Shown piece by piece: positions 8,395 to 17,384 of a DNA stretch of 42,443 nucleotides. The notes under the pieces are model-generated. The model saw nothing but the letters and a program-made list of their open reading frames with translations. It made no database searches and was not told the origin of the DNA. Made by a program: the position numbers and the translations under genes. How positions within the stretch are numbered: the first letter of the stretch is position 1; every line of letters starts with the position of its first letter. The stretch comes from a virus (Duplodnaviria; Heunggongvirae; Uroviricota; Caudoviricetes): IMG/VR virus record IMGVR_UViG_3300033553_000816. One strand, 5' to 3'.

Positions 8395-9024
8395 ATGAGT
8401 AACCCGCTGCTTGCTGATCTTGAAGAGATAAAACCGCCGTTAGGTGTTAAAGAAGTGTATTCAAAAATCCTTACCAGCTACTCTGAGCCTGAAAGAAAAT
8501 ATTTCACTATCCAACGGGCAGCTCGTATCCGTAACATATTCTTAGGTTATGTTGATGAGAGCATGGAAGACCCGGAGCCGAATAAAATACTTCACGCTAA
8601 AATGGCAATATGGTTCAAAGACATAATTAAGAACCCTTTGTCATTGAATAACGAAACAGCATCAGCGGAGTTAGCGGGAGAGTGCCTCAAAGGTGTTTAT
8701 AGTGTCAACGTTAAATTACTTCAAGAAAGCATTTTAGCTTTCGACACTCGGAAGGTAATGCCTCATAGTGTAATGTCATTTGCTGTTGATGCGGAGAACT
8801 CGGTTCTAGGTTCACACTCAGAAACATATTTCGAAGAGTACCTGCCTAACATAAGGTCAGAGTATGAGATGATAAAAGATTCAGTTTGGTATATGAAAAG
8901 ATCTGAGTTTATAAAAAGATTACTAGCTGAAGAGAAAATATTCTTTAACATCCCTAACTTAGAAGAAAGAGCTAGAGAGAACCTTCATGATGAGTTAAGA
9001 ATTATAGAAGAGTCAAGATCTTAA
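8395..9024 (+). CDS. HD-superfamily phosphohydrolase-like protein lacking the His ligands
   Basis: YSEPERKYF (vs Y.EPHR.YH), AIWFKD (vs AAWFHD), NNETASA, IRSEY, ARENL..EL. Confidence 0.72.
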   Translation: MSNPLLADLEEIKPPLGVKEVYSKILTSYSEPERKYFTIQRAARIRNIFLGYVDESMEDPEPNKILHAKMAIWFKDIIKNPLSLNNETASAELAGECLKGVYSVNVKLLQESILAFDTRKVMPHSVMSFAVDAENSVLGSHSETYFEEYLPNIRSEYEMIKDSVWYMKRSEFIKRLLAEEKIFFNIPNLEERARENLHDELRIIEESRS

Positions 9025-9072
9025 ATTTTCATTAACCCAAATTTATTAAACGACTGTACGGAAAAGGAAAAA

Positions 9073-9660
9073 ATGCTCACCGAATATTATAAATTAGTCA
9101 ATTCAGACAACAGTGATTTTATACAAGAGGATTTATTTTGGCACCCGAATACTGTAGTGGAAAGTGGGAATATATTATCGGCCAGTAGAGTTAGAACCGC
9201 TGTGCCTACAATAAGGATGAACAGTAAACTAGTTACGTTACATCCCGTGGAAGGGCATCACATTAAAACTTATGAGCATATCCACGATAGTTGGCTTGTT
9301 TCCTCCAGCAGCTGGGAAGTTAAAACCGAAGAGAACATGGCCACTGTTTTCGGTGAACACGGCGAAGCTGTTGTAGAGGCTATAGCTTTCATTGACGGAG
9401 CCTCCGAGGAGGAGTTAGCTGAAATAGCTAAAGCATATAATGTGAAAACAGGTAAACGAGAAATTATAGCCAATTATGCTGGCGAAGAAGGCTCATACAG
9501 GGTAGCTAAAAAAGCTGGACTCGAGAAACCTTTTCTTTATATTTCTCGAACATATGAGTATCCGTATGTTACTATATTACAAGCTATTCTTTTACAAGAT
9601 AAAATTGCGGCAGCCGGTATCGAAACTGTGCTTGCCTACTGGAATGAGATAAGGAAATAA
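9073..9660 (+). CDS. Hypothetical protein
   Basis: 195 aa; RBS AAGGA. Confidence 0.7.
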   Translation: MLTEYYKLVNSDNSDFIQEDLFWHPNTVVESGNILSASRVRTAVPTIRMNSKLVTLHPVEGHHIKTYEHIHDSWLVSSSSWEVKTEENMATVFGEHGEAVVEAIAFIDGASEEELAEIAKAYNVKTGKREIIANYAGEEGSYRVAKKAGLEKPFLYISRTYEYPYVTILQAILLQDKIAAAGIETVLAYWNEIRK

Positions 9661-9663
9661 GTT

Positions 9664-10311
9664 TTGTTTAACAAATACCTTTTCAAAGAGACAACCCCTG
9701 TTGGGTTGATATTACGTAACGTTTACCCTGGGTTCTTTGAAGATAAGTTCAACATCAACTTCCACACCCCACATGAAGCCTGGCAGATAGTAGCGAGCTA
9801 CATGATGTTAAGTAGTTTCGATGAGAAAGTAATTTTAGAACTAATGGCGGCGCTCAAAGAAAATGAACTTTTCGATGAAGCTGTAGACTGTAATATTGTC
9901 TGTGAAGACGAGCCGCCATATCTCATAAACGGTCACCACCGGTTCGTAGCGGCTCTCCTATCAGGCGCTGAGAACATAAAAACAAACTACTCGTGCAGAA
10001 CTGAAGCTCACATGATGGATAATATCCCTCTGTTCGGTTTCATGGAAACACATTTCAAATTCACAAAAAATAGTTTAGAACTCGAAGAGTTGATTGATGA
10101 GTTCTACCACATTAAAACAGCTGATGGTAAGAAATGGATTAAATCTTTAACCGCTGGTGCGAGATGCGGCGAAGTTTCTGTAACATGGGAAGCTAATAAC
10201 TATTTATTATCCCCTGATGAGATAAATGACTTAGTGTTAGCCAAACTCAAAGAGCTGAACTTAGAGGGCGCAACTTCTGAAACTAAATTCGCTGTTGATA
10301 ACCTATTTTAA
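9664..10311 (+). CDS. ParB/Srx-like domain protein
   Basis: PYLINGHHRFVAALLSG motif; TTG start. Confidence 0.55.
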   Translation: MFNKYLFKETTPVGLILRNVYPGFFEDKFNINFHTPHEAWQIVASYMMLSSFDEKVILELMAALKENELFDEAVDCNIVCEDEPPYLINGHHRFVAALLSGAENIKTNYSCRTEAHMMDNIPLFGFMETHFKFTKNSLELEELIDEFYHIKTADGKKWIKSLTAGARCGEVSVTWEANNYLLSPDEINDLVLAKLKELNLEGATSETKFAVDNLF

Positions 10312-10622
10312 GTTAAATCAGCTCTTGTAACAACTTTACTGAGGAAACTCTCATGTTCTAAAACCCCTTCGCAGGCGTTAATGAAGTTATCCACAAACCG
10401 GTTGCTTTTATGATAAGCATCATCAAGATCTTCACTTGAATATTGGACATATATCTCAAGATAATTATCAGCGTTGTTAATCAGATGACTTTTCTTCAAA
10501 GTTGTTCGTGTTCTCTCCTCAAGGATAGAGAACAGAGTCTTCCTTAAAAAAGTTAGTTCCTCTGTAGTTGCTGTCTTATCGAAAATAATTTCAGTTTCAA
10601 AATATTTAGGGTTCTTATCCAT
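10308..10622 (-). CDS. Hypothetical protein
   Basis: 104 aa; RBS AAGGA. Confidence 0.6.
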   Translation of the reverse strand: MDKNPKYFETEIIFDKTATTEELTFLRKTLFSILEERTRTTLKKSHLINNADNYLEIYVQYSSEDLDDAYHKSNRFVDNFINACEGVLEHESFLSKVVTRADLT

Positions 10623-10803
10623 TCGTATCCAAATCCTTTTTATGTCATTCGCTTCTAATGGCGTATCTGTTCATCAGTCTAACATTATTTTACGCTTATA
10701 TCAAACCAGAGAACGGGGTGTCGCTGTGGTGTTAATCACAGTATGAAATAGATGCGTTAGGAAGGAAGTTCAACTGTTAAAAAGGACTTTAGGGGTACTG
10801 CCA

Positions 10804-11091
10804 ATGATGGAATTTGAGAATGGTCAGAAAATCAAAGCTAAACACCAATCAGCGGAAGATAATGTTGTGGGTTTAGATGCAGAAGGAGATCTTATTGCGG
10901 TGGACATATCTAATCATGGTGGTAAAAGATATGTCTCCTATTACCTTTTAACGCCTTGCTGTCAGGCAACAGCAACCGGCACAGAATTCGGCATAGCCTG
11001 TAGAGGATGCTATGAGGAAGGGTACGAGGAGTACGGCATGGAAGTTGGTTTGGGTAGCATAGCTGTCATGCGCAAAGGCGTTAAGTTGTAA
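10804..11091 (+). CDS. Putative zinc-binding protein
   Basis: LTPCC..CRGC. Confidence 0.65.
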   Translation: MMEFENGQKIKAKHQSAEDNVVGLDAEGDLIAVDISNHGGKRYVSYYLLTPCCQATATGTEFGIACRGCYEEGYEEYGMEVGLGSIAVMRKGVKL

Positions 11092-11099
11092 ATTTCAGC

Positions 11100-11396
11100 T
11101 TAAATCATTAGACGGAAACTAATCTGGTCACACAGATAGTCTATGTTTGTAACGTCAGCATCAGTTAGCTTGGTAGGGGTTTTTACTAAAGCTATAAAAG
11201 AGTTCAGGAACTCTACTATTTTAGGGTCTTTGTCATTCTCAGCTAACTCAAGCATCTGTTTGAGCTCTTTCAGGGCAGCGGCAACAAATTTGTGATATAG
11301 AACAGTGTCTGAATTATTTGCGATAGCCATAGATAGTTCTTCTGAAACAGTCTCAAGTTTAACTTCGGCTATATCATAAGTTAAATGTGTTACCAT
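11100..11396 (-). CDS. Helical hypothetical protein, paralog A of 12937..13236
   Basis: True start is 11396 (RBS GAGGTG). Collinear with the paralog: YDIAE.KLE..SE..DKDP..NYLC.QISFR. Confidence 0.75.
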   Translation of the reverse strand: MVTHLTYDIAEVKLETVSEELSMAIANNSDTVLYHKFVAAALKELKQMLELAENDKDPKIVEFLNSFIALVKTPTKLTDADVTNIDYLCDQISFRLMI

Positions 11397-11555
11397 TATT
11401 TTCACCTCTCCATTACAAGGGGACGTTTGTAACGTTAACTTCCTAACGTATTGCATAACTTCATTCATTTTCTTGTAAACCCTGCGTAGATGGCGTAAAA
11501 ACTGTTTCTTTCCTAACGGGTTTTTATCCGATATTGTTCCTGGTAGGAGTCTTAT

Positions 11556-12870
11556 ATGAGAACACAAGCATTCAGGGTTAAGCGTTCCTCACTCGACTAT
11601 TCTGCGGCTGTCAACCAGATCACAGAAGCCCGTAGACTATACAACACTCTTATAGCTGTTTCCCGTGAGTCAAGGGCTATTTTTCTTAAACCAGGTTCGG
11701 ACACTCATATTAGTAAAGAACTGGGCTTGTTGGACTGGGTTGAGTCTCCTGGGTTTTTGGGGAATTTCGGTACGTTTGAGCGGATACGTAAAACCGTTGA
11801 GCAGGAACAAAACATTGTTTTGCCTCAGAAAGTAGCTCAGCATGTGGCTCGTGAAGTTGCGTTAGCTTGGAAAAGTTATTACGCGTTGAAGAAAGTTAAC
11901 CCAAAAGCTCAACCTCCGCGTTATAAACAAAAGTTTGGGCTTGTGCAGTACACGAAACAAGCCGTGAGTACGGTCAAAAACCCTGGTAAACTAACCCCAA
12001 CAGGCTGGTCACATGGGGTCCAACTCCCTGAGTATATTAACCCTATTCTTATTCAAGCCGCGAGACTAACATATAAGAACGGCGATGTATGGTTAGAAGT
12101 TATACACAAAACCCCGCACATAACCGATAAAAAAGCAGGTCGTTTTTCAGCAGCTATTGACCTGGGGGTTGATAACCTCGCTACCTTAATTGTTAACAAA
12201 CCGGGTTACAGGCCCAAAATTGTTGATGGGAAACACATCAAAAGTGTCAACCAGTTCGCTAACAAAGTTTCAGCTGAGTGGCGCACAAAACTAGATATCG
12301 AAGCTTTTAACATTTGGAACAAACTAGATGAAAAAGAGGAGGTGATGAAAGGAAAAATAGGGAGCAGGAAATTAGAACAATTCTGGGGTAAAAGAAACCG
12401 CAAAATCAACCATTACCTCCACTCGGCAAGTAACGCCATGATAAAAGAACTCATAGCAGCTGGAGTGGGCGGGTTAGTAATAGGTTGGAACGAGGGTTTC
12501 AAACAAAACTCAAACATAGGTAGGAAAAATAACCAGAGTTTTGTTCAAATCCCACACGCTAAATTCCGTGACATGCTCATATCAAAAGCCGAACGAGCAG
12601 GAATAAGCGTGACAATACAAGAAGAATCTTATACTAGTAAAGCCAGCTACCTCGACAAAGACACGATCCCGGTGTACGATAAAAAAAGTCAAGAATATAG
12701 TGGAGTTCTCAGGTAAACGTGTAAAAAGAGGGGAGTACGTCAGTGGCAAGGGTATAAAAATTCACGCTGATGTTAACGCAGCTTGGAATATTCTACAAAA
12801 AAGTAAACCCTCTAGAAGAGGGCCTAGGGGCATCATAGTTATGCCACAGAAGCTGAAGTTCGGTTTCTGA
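11556..12870 (+). pseudogene. tnpB: TnpB (zinc-finger-less SKASYLD/FSGKR type) with a 1-nt frameshift in an A7 run (12681-12687)
   Basis: AIDLGVDNL, VIGWNEGFKQ, EESYTSKASYLD. FSGKRVKRG..IHADVNAAWNI continues in the +1 frame to TGA 12870. Confidence 0.85.
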
Positions 12871-12936
12871 AAACATAAAACACAGATTTTATGGAACTAT
12901 TATTTTATGCTGCAACTTCGTGCTTCTTAAAAGCTT

Positions 12937-13236
12937 TCACCATATCATTGTCCTGAAGCTGATTTGCTCACACAGATAATTTACATTTTCCATATCAGAA
13001 TCGGATAGCCCAGTAGGTTTCTCAACTAAAGCCACAAAAATATTCAGCAGATCCAAAGTTTCAGGGTCTTTGTCTTTCTCGGCTAAAACAACCATTTGCT
13101 TGAGCTGGATTAAAGCTTCGGAGACCTTTTCAGCGTATATTTCAGGGTCAGAGTTGTGTATAAGAGCTAATAATAAGTTCTCTGAAATCATTTCAAGTTT
13201 AAGTTCAGCTATATCATAATCTAAATGTATTACCAT
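12937..13236 (-). CDS. Helical hypothetical protein, paralog B of 11100..11396
   Basis: Aligns end to end with paralog A; RBS GAGGT. Confidence 0.75.
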   Translation of the reverse strand: MVIHLDYDIAELKLEMISENLLLALIHNSDPEIYAEKVSEALIQLKQMVVLAEKDKDPETLDLLNIFVALVEKPTGLSDSDMENVNYLCEQISFRTMIW

Positions 13237-13291
13237 TATTTTACCTCATGAAATAGTTGTAAATTTTGCGTTGAGTGGTTCCTAACGGAAT

Positions 13292-15244
13292 TCACACAGT
13301 CGCTTTGTGCTTCTTGAGGGCTTTCACCATGGCGTCGCCAACTACTGTTGCGAACTGGCTTGGCTGAGTGAGTTTCACGTAAGTAACACCCTTGTTGGAC
13401 GGGATGAAGTTGTAGCCACCATATCCGTTGCGGTCTTTGATGTGACAATACACTACTTGAACCCCAGAGGCAACGAACTTGTCAATAGCTTTGTTTGTAT
13501 CTGCGTGGTTGCTGAATTCTCCATCGGTGAGGATAACAAGCATACGTACACCTTCACTAGAGCACAGCTGTAGAGCACCTTCAAGGGCGTTAAGGGACGG
13601 AACAATAGCTGTCGTACCGCCACCGGAGCCGATAACGGGAACTTGAGAGGGGAACCGGCCAGGTGCGATGATTCCGCGTGTGCTGGTATCCCAAGCTACA
13701 CTCGCTACTTTACCTTTAACGGTACGAAGCGCCTGTGTGATGGACCAACTGAAAGCGGAGATATCACGCACCCATGCTCCTAGTGAGCCGGAAACGTCGA
13801 ATGAGATACCGAGTGTAATGGGAGGTTGGTCCGTTACACGCCTGCTGGTTCGGGTCCAAGGGGTTGCTGTAATTTCTGTTTTACGGGCGATTTGTGAATC
13901 CCTGCGCATAATTTCGCTTGCCCGTACTTTACCTGGTGGCATATCAGTGCGGCGCTTAGAGCGAGCAACATCACGGTATTGGGCTTTGCGGAGCTTGTTT
14001 GTGATACCGCGTGCGTAAGCTAGGTCTTGAGCAGTGGGTGTAATGTACTTGATATCTAGGTTGCTGGAACCCCAGCCCCAACCGCTACCGCCGCGCTTAC
14101 CTTCAATTTGAACGTCACCGTCAGGGAACACTTCATTAGCGGCGTTTTTAGCGGTGGCACGATCACGTTCCTCAGCGAGACGCTTCTTCAGTGCCTTTTC
14201 GAAAGGGTTACCGTTATCGCCAGAGCCGTTAGCGGCTTCTTCTGCCACATCTTCCTTAGCCGCTTCCTTGGAAGCTTCCATGGCATCCCGAAGGGCATCA
14301 CCGAGCGGGTCATCAGACTTTTCTTCACTGTCAGATGTATCTGAACCACTTGAAGGCTGACTTGCGCCTGGTTGACCTGCGCCGTTGGAAGGTTGAGAGC
14401 CCTGTCCGGTGCTTTCTCCTTCTTCCGCGTAGTCAGCACCACAGCTGAACCCCATGCTAGGCATTTCAGGGGTTTGAACGTCGTTCTCTTCAAGGAGCTT
14501 AGCGAAACGACTAGCGACATCAAGCATCTCTTCGAAGTTACCATCTTCAACTTCATGAGCTTCAGACCAAAGGTCACTCATCTTTTCAAGCAGGTCTGAA
14601 CCTAAAGAATCTTCAACTTCTTCGCGGATGGTCTTAAAATCATCAGCTTCAAGAGTCCCGGCGTCAACACGTGCGAGGATAAGGACAGCAATACGCGCAT
14701 TAGCGTACTTATTGGACGCGTCAGCATCCATTGTCTCTGACTTTCCTTCAAGCACAACGTTCTTCACGAGTGAGCTGATTGAACCACGGAGCATATCGCG
14801 CTCCCTGGGACGACGGTCAATCAACATCTTCTCAATTCGGGATTCTTCAAGAGCCATGAACCATTCCATGGTCTTAGCGTCCTTTTGGAGTTCCTTACGG
14901 CGCTCCGGCATTGAAATATCAAAAGCATCGGTGTGAGCTGCGTGAGCCGCTTCGTGAGCGGCAACACCAATAAGGTCGATGTACTTGATACGGTCATAAT
15001 CATCAAACGGGTCGATGGTTGTAGGGTCATCATCGGCGGTCATGAATTTAGAAGCGTCAAAGTAAACGGCTGCTTGTTCACTAATGAAGTAACCTGCGGC
15101 CACGTGAGCTTTTCCGTTAACATCCGTGTGCGGGGTGACGTTAGCAACCAGGTCATCCCTGTTGGCAATGAAGTTGATAAAACCGTTAAGGTTAGAGGCG
15201 AGCTTCAGCCAATCCTTATTGTGAACATCTCGGTAATCAGTCAT
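13292..15244 (-). CDS. Metallopeptidase (HExxH)-linker-vWA protein (MoxR partner, CobT-like architecture)
   Basis: AAHEAAH and LEESRIE; acidic Ser/Gly linker; MIDAS DVSGS; LTDGE. Confidence 0.85.
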   Translation of the reverse strand: MTDYRDVHNKDWLKLASNLNGFINFIANRDDLVANVTPHTDVNGKAHVAAGYFISEQAAVYFDASKFMTADDDPTTIDPFDDYDRIKYIDLIGVAAHEAAHAAHTDAFDISMPERRKELQKDAKTMEWFMALEESRIEKMLIDRRPRERDMLRGSISSLVKNVVLEGKSETMDADASNKYANARIAVLILARVDAGTLEADDFKTIREEVEDSLGSDLLEKMSDLWSEAHEVEDGNFEEMLDVASRFAKLLEENDVQTPEMPSMGFSCGADYAEEGESTGQGSQPSNGAGQPGASQPSSGSDTSDSEEKSDDPLGDALRDAMEASKEAAKEDVAEEAANGSGDNGNPFEKALKKRLAEERDRATAKNAANEVFPDGDVQIEGKRGGSGWGWGSSNLDIKYITPTAQDLAYARGITNKLRKAQYRDVARSKRRTDMPPGKVRASEIMRRDSQIARKTEITATPWTRTSRRVTDQPPITLGISFDVSGSLGAWVRDISAFSWSITQALRTVKGKVASVAWDTSTRGIIAPGRFPSQVPVIGSGGGTTAIVPSLNALEGALQLCSSEGVRMLVILTDGEFSNHADTNKAIDKFVASGVQVVYCHIKDRNGYGGYNFIPSNKGVTYVKLTQPSQFATVVGDAMVKALKKHKATV

Positions 15245-15343
15245 GTTTCCCTTTCATGCCTTTAGGTTTACTAATTTACCATAGAACAGGTGTGAAAGCA
15301 ACTGTTTGTACATTTTAATGGAAACTATTTTTCACGGTTGACA

Positions 15344-15367
15344 AAACATTGGTGTTTAAGCTATAGT
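15344..15367 (+). promoter_or_regulatory. Spacer and -10 of promoter TTGACA(15338)-18-TATAGT
   Basis: Consensus boxes upstream of the AAA gene. Confidence 0.7.
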
Positions 15368-15399
15368 TGTGTTTATCAGAAAGACACGGAAGGGAAAAC

Positions 15400-16815
15400 A
15401 TGTCTACTCTTAAACCAACTATCGGGGTTATTCTTCGAGACCCACAGTCAGCAACTGAGAAGTTCTACTCTATTGTCCTCACTTCAGAGGGGGAGATTGT
15501 CACTTCGCATGGTCAAGGTCAGCTTTCCAGGTATGCCGCTCGTGCTCGCATGACAGAGCAGATCAGGAGTACTCAGAGTAAAGCTGGGATGGTCAAAGTG
15601 TTCAACAATCGCGTCCTCACTAAGCGTAAGCGCGGTTACACGCAGGTTGAAATTCCTATGGTCAACTTCTCCACTAGTGGTGTTGTGGCCAGCGATATTA
15701 TGGCCGATTTTCTTAAGTCCACTGGTTTTAAGAAAGTTGAGAACGCTAAGCGTTGGATTAAAGAAAATGAGGTTATTAGTAACTTCGTTGACGCCGCGTC
15801 CAGCGGTAAGGAAACCTTTAGGATGAGCGGCCCTGAGGTTGTTCTTCTTCGCCATAACTCAACCATGCGTAACGCAGATAAGGAGAACGGCAACAGCACA
15901 CCCGCTGTTAAGGACACTTCAGCTAAGACAAACTCTGTTAAATCAAGTGTTGACACTATTGAGAAGGGCCTCGCTGGTCTTAGAATTTCAGGTGCCCTCA
16001 TCCGACCTAACGGAGAGTCTTACACGCCTCGTTCAGTTGGTGCCCATCACGACGTGGCTCTTCTTCGCCACCTGTACAAGTCAAACATCGCTGTGCGGCT
16101 CCCTGGGCCTCCTGGGGCGGGTAAGACAGCACTTATCGAAGCTGCGTTCCCTGGCGCTATTACGGTCGCTGGACACGGAGATATGACTATTGATGATTTC
16201 GTTGGGACTGACCGTCCGGACACTAAGAGCCCAGGAGCTTGGGTGTGGATTGATGGTCCGCTGACAACTGCTATGAAAACCGGTAACGTCCTGTACGTCG
16301 ATGAGATTACCCGAGTACCCCAAGAAGTACTCGCTATCCTCTACTCTGTTATGGACGGTCGTAACGTTCTTCGTCTTGACCGACGACCGGACCTTCCTCC
16401 GGTGAAAGCCCAAGAGGGTTTCGGTGTCATCGCGGCATACAACCCTGATGTGTTTGGTGCTCGCCCTCTGGATGAAGCTCTCATGTCACGTTTCAAGGTT
16501 GCTATTGAAGTACGTACAGATTTCGACACCGCCAAGGTACTGAAGGTTCCTGCGAAGTTCATCACTGTTGCCCGTAACATGGCTACCCGTGACAAGAAGG
16601 ACCGTGAGAACGACGGACCTGGCCTGTGGGTACCGCAGATGCGTGAACTTCTGGCCGCACGTGACCTCATCAACGCAGGTGTGGGTGAGGATATCGCAAT
16701 CGGTACTCTCCTCGGAGCCTGCCCAGATGTTGACACCCTACCGGTCCTCATCCAAGTGGCATCGAACGTATTCGGAACTGACGTTAAGCTCCTTGCGCTC
16801 GGAAAGTCGGTTTAA
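15400..16815 (+). CDS. MoxR/CbbQ-type AAA+ ATPase with N-terminal WGR-like domain
   Basis: Walker A GPPGAGKT, Walker B LYVDEI, AYNP, RPLDEALMSRF; N-terminal EKFYSIV..V.SHG. RBS GGAAGGGAAAA precedes ATG 15400. Confidence 0.88.
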   Translation: MSTLKPTIGVILRDPQSATEKFYSIVLTSEGEIVTSHGQGQLSRYAARARMTEQIRSTQSKAGMVKVFNNRVLTKRKRGYTQVEIPMVNFSTSGVVASDIMADFLKSTGFKKVENAKRWIKENEVISNFVDAASSGKETFRMSGPEVVLLRHNSTMRNADKENGNSTPAVKDTSAKTNSVKSSVDTIEKGLAGLRISGALIRPNGESYTPRSVGAHHDVALLRHLYKSNIAVRLPGPPGAGKTALIEAAFPGAITVAGHGDMTIDDFVGTDRPDTKSPGAWVWIDGPLTTAMKTGNVLYVDEITRVPQEVLAILYSVMDGRNVLRLDRRPDLPPVKAQEGFGVIAAYNPDVFGARPLDEALMSRFKVAIEVRTDFDTAKVLKVPAKFITVARNMATRDKKDRENDGPGLWVPQMRELLAARDLINAGVGEDIAIGTLLGACPDVDTLPVLIQVASNVFGTDVKLLALGKSV

Positions 16816-16831
16816 CAACTGAATAGTTTAC

Positions 16832-16881
16832 CCAGCTGGGGCTTAACACCTTTTCCCTTCCCTTCCTTAAGCCCCAGCTGG
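16832..16881 (+). other. Perfect 15-bp hairpin with pyrimidine loop (terminator or 3' structured RNA)
   Basis: CCAGCTGGGGCTTAA / TTAAGCCCCAGCTGG; loop CACCTTTTCCCTTCCCTTCC. Confidence 0.85.
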
Positions 16882-16914
16882 TTTCTTAAAAAAATAATAG
16901 AATAAGTTTTAACT

Positions 16915-16979
16915 GACAGATAACCATGGCAGCTCGCGCGCCCTTCCCTTCCCGTAGCGAGCTGCCATGGTTATTTGTT
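16915..16979 (+). other. Perfect 18-bp hairpin (extendable to ~23 bp) with CCCTTCCCTTCC loop
   Basis: ATAACCATGGCAGCTCGC / GCGAGCTGCCATGGTTAT. Confidence 0.85.
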
Positions 16980-17004
16980 AACTCCGACACGATAGAGAAC
17001 TATT

Positions 17005-17232
17005 ATGAAAGAATTAAACGGAACTGAATATTCTGACCTCGAATATATGATAACTTTTCAGAAAGGCATTCACATTCTTGCGCGCAAAAGGATGAAGAAA
17101 ATCTATCAGGAGCAAGGTAAGAAAGAGATGCTTGAAGCTTATAATGACGCTGTGAAACGAAACATGATCAGCGATGACATAAAAGAAGAGCTACATAAGC
17201 TTATAGATACAGAAGATCACAGCTGGAATTAG
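17005..17232 (+). CDS. Small hypothetical protein
   Basis: 75-aa ORF. Confidence 0.6.
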   Translation: MKELNGTEYSDLEYMITFQKGIHILARKRMKKIYQEQGKKEMLEAYNDAVKRNMISDDIKEELHKLIDTEDHSWN

Positions 17233-17261
17233 ATATAACAACTTTAGGTTGATAAATTATT

Positions 17262-17384
17262 ATGGGCAAGAAAGAGAAAAGCGATTTAGCCGCTAGCATG
17301 AGATTAGATGATGATGGTGCACCTATCGCTGAAGACAGCGTTAACGCTGACCCTGAAGCTGAAAGTACTGTAACTAACCTTTAG
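17262..17384 (+). CDS. 40-aa acidic peptide (not in ORF track)
   Basis: MGKKEKSDLAASMRLDDDGAPIAEDSVNADPEAESTVTNL*; fills the intergenic gap. Confidence 0.4.
   Translation: MGKKEKSDLAASMRLDDDGAPIAEDSVNADPEAESTVTNL

Noticed and set aside
11100-11567. 155-aa version of paralog A
   Set aside because: The paralog alignment and RBS place the start at 11396; the extension overlaps the tnpB leader.
13307-16822. Many overlapping 60-136 aa ORFs inside the vWA and AAA genes
   Set aside because: Shadow frames of codon-biased, higher-GC genes with no RBS or motifs. The same applies to other antisense ORFs in the track.
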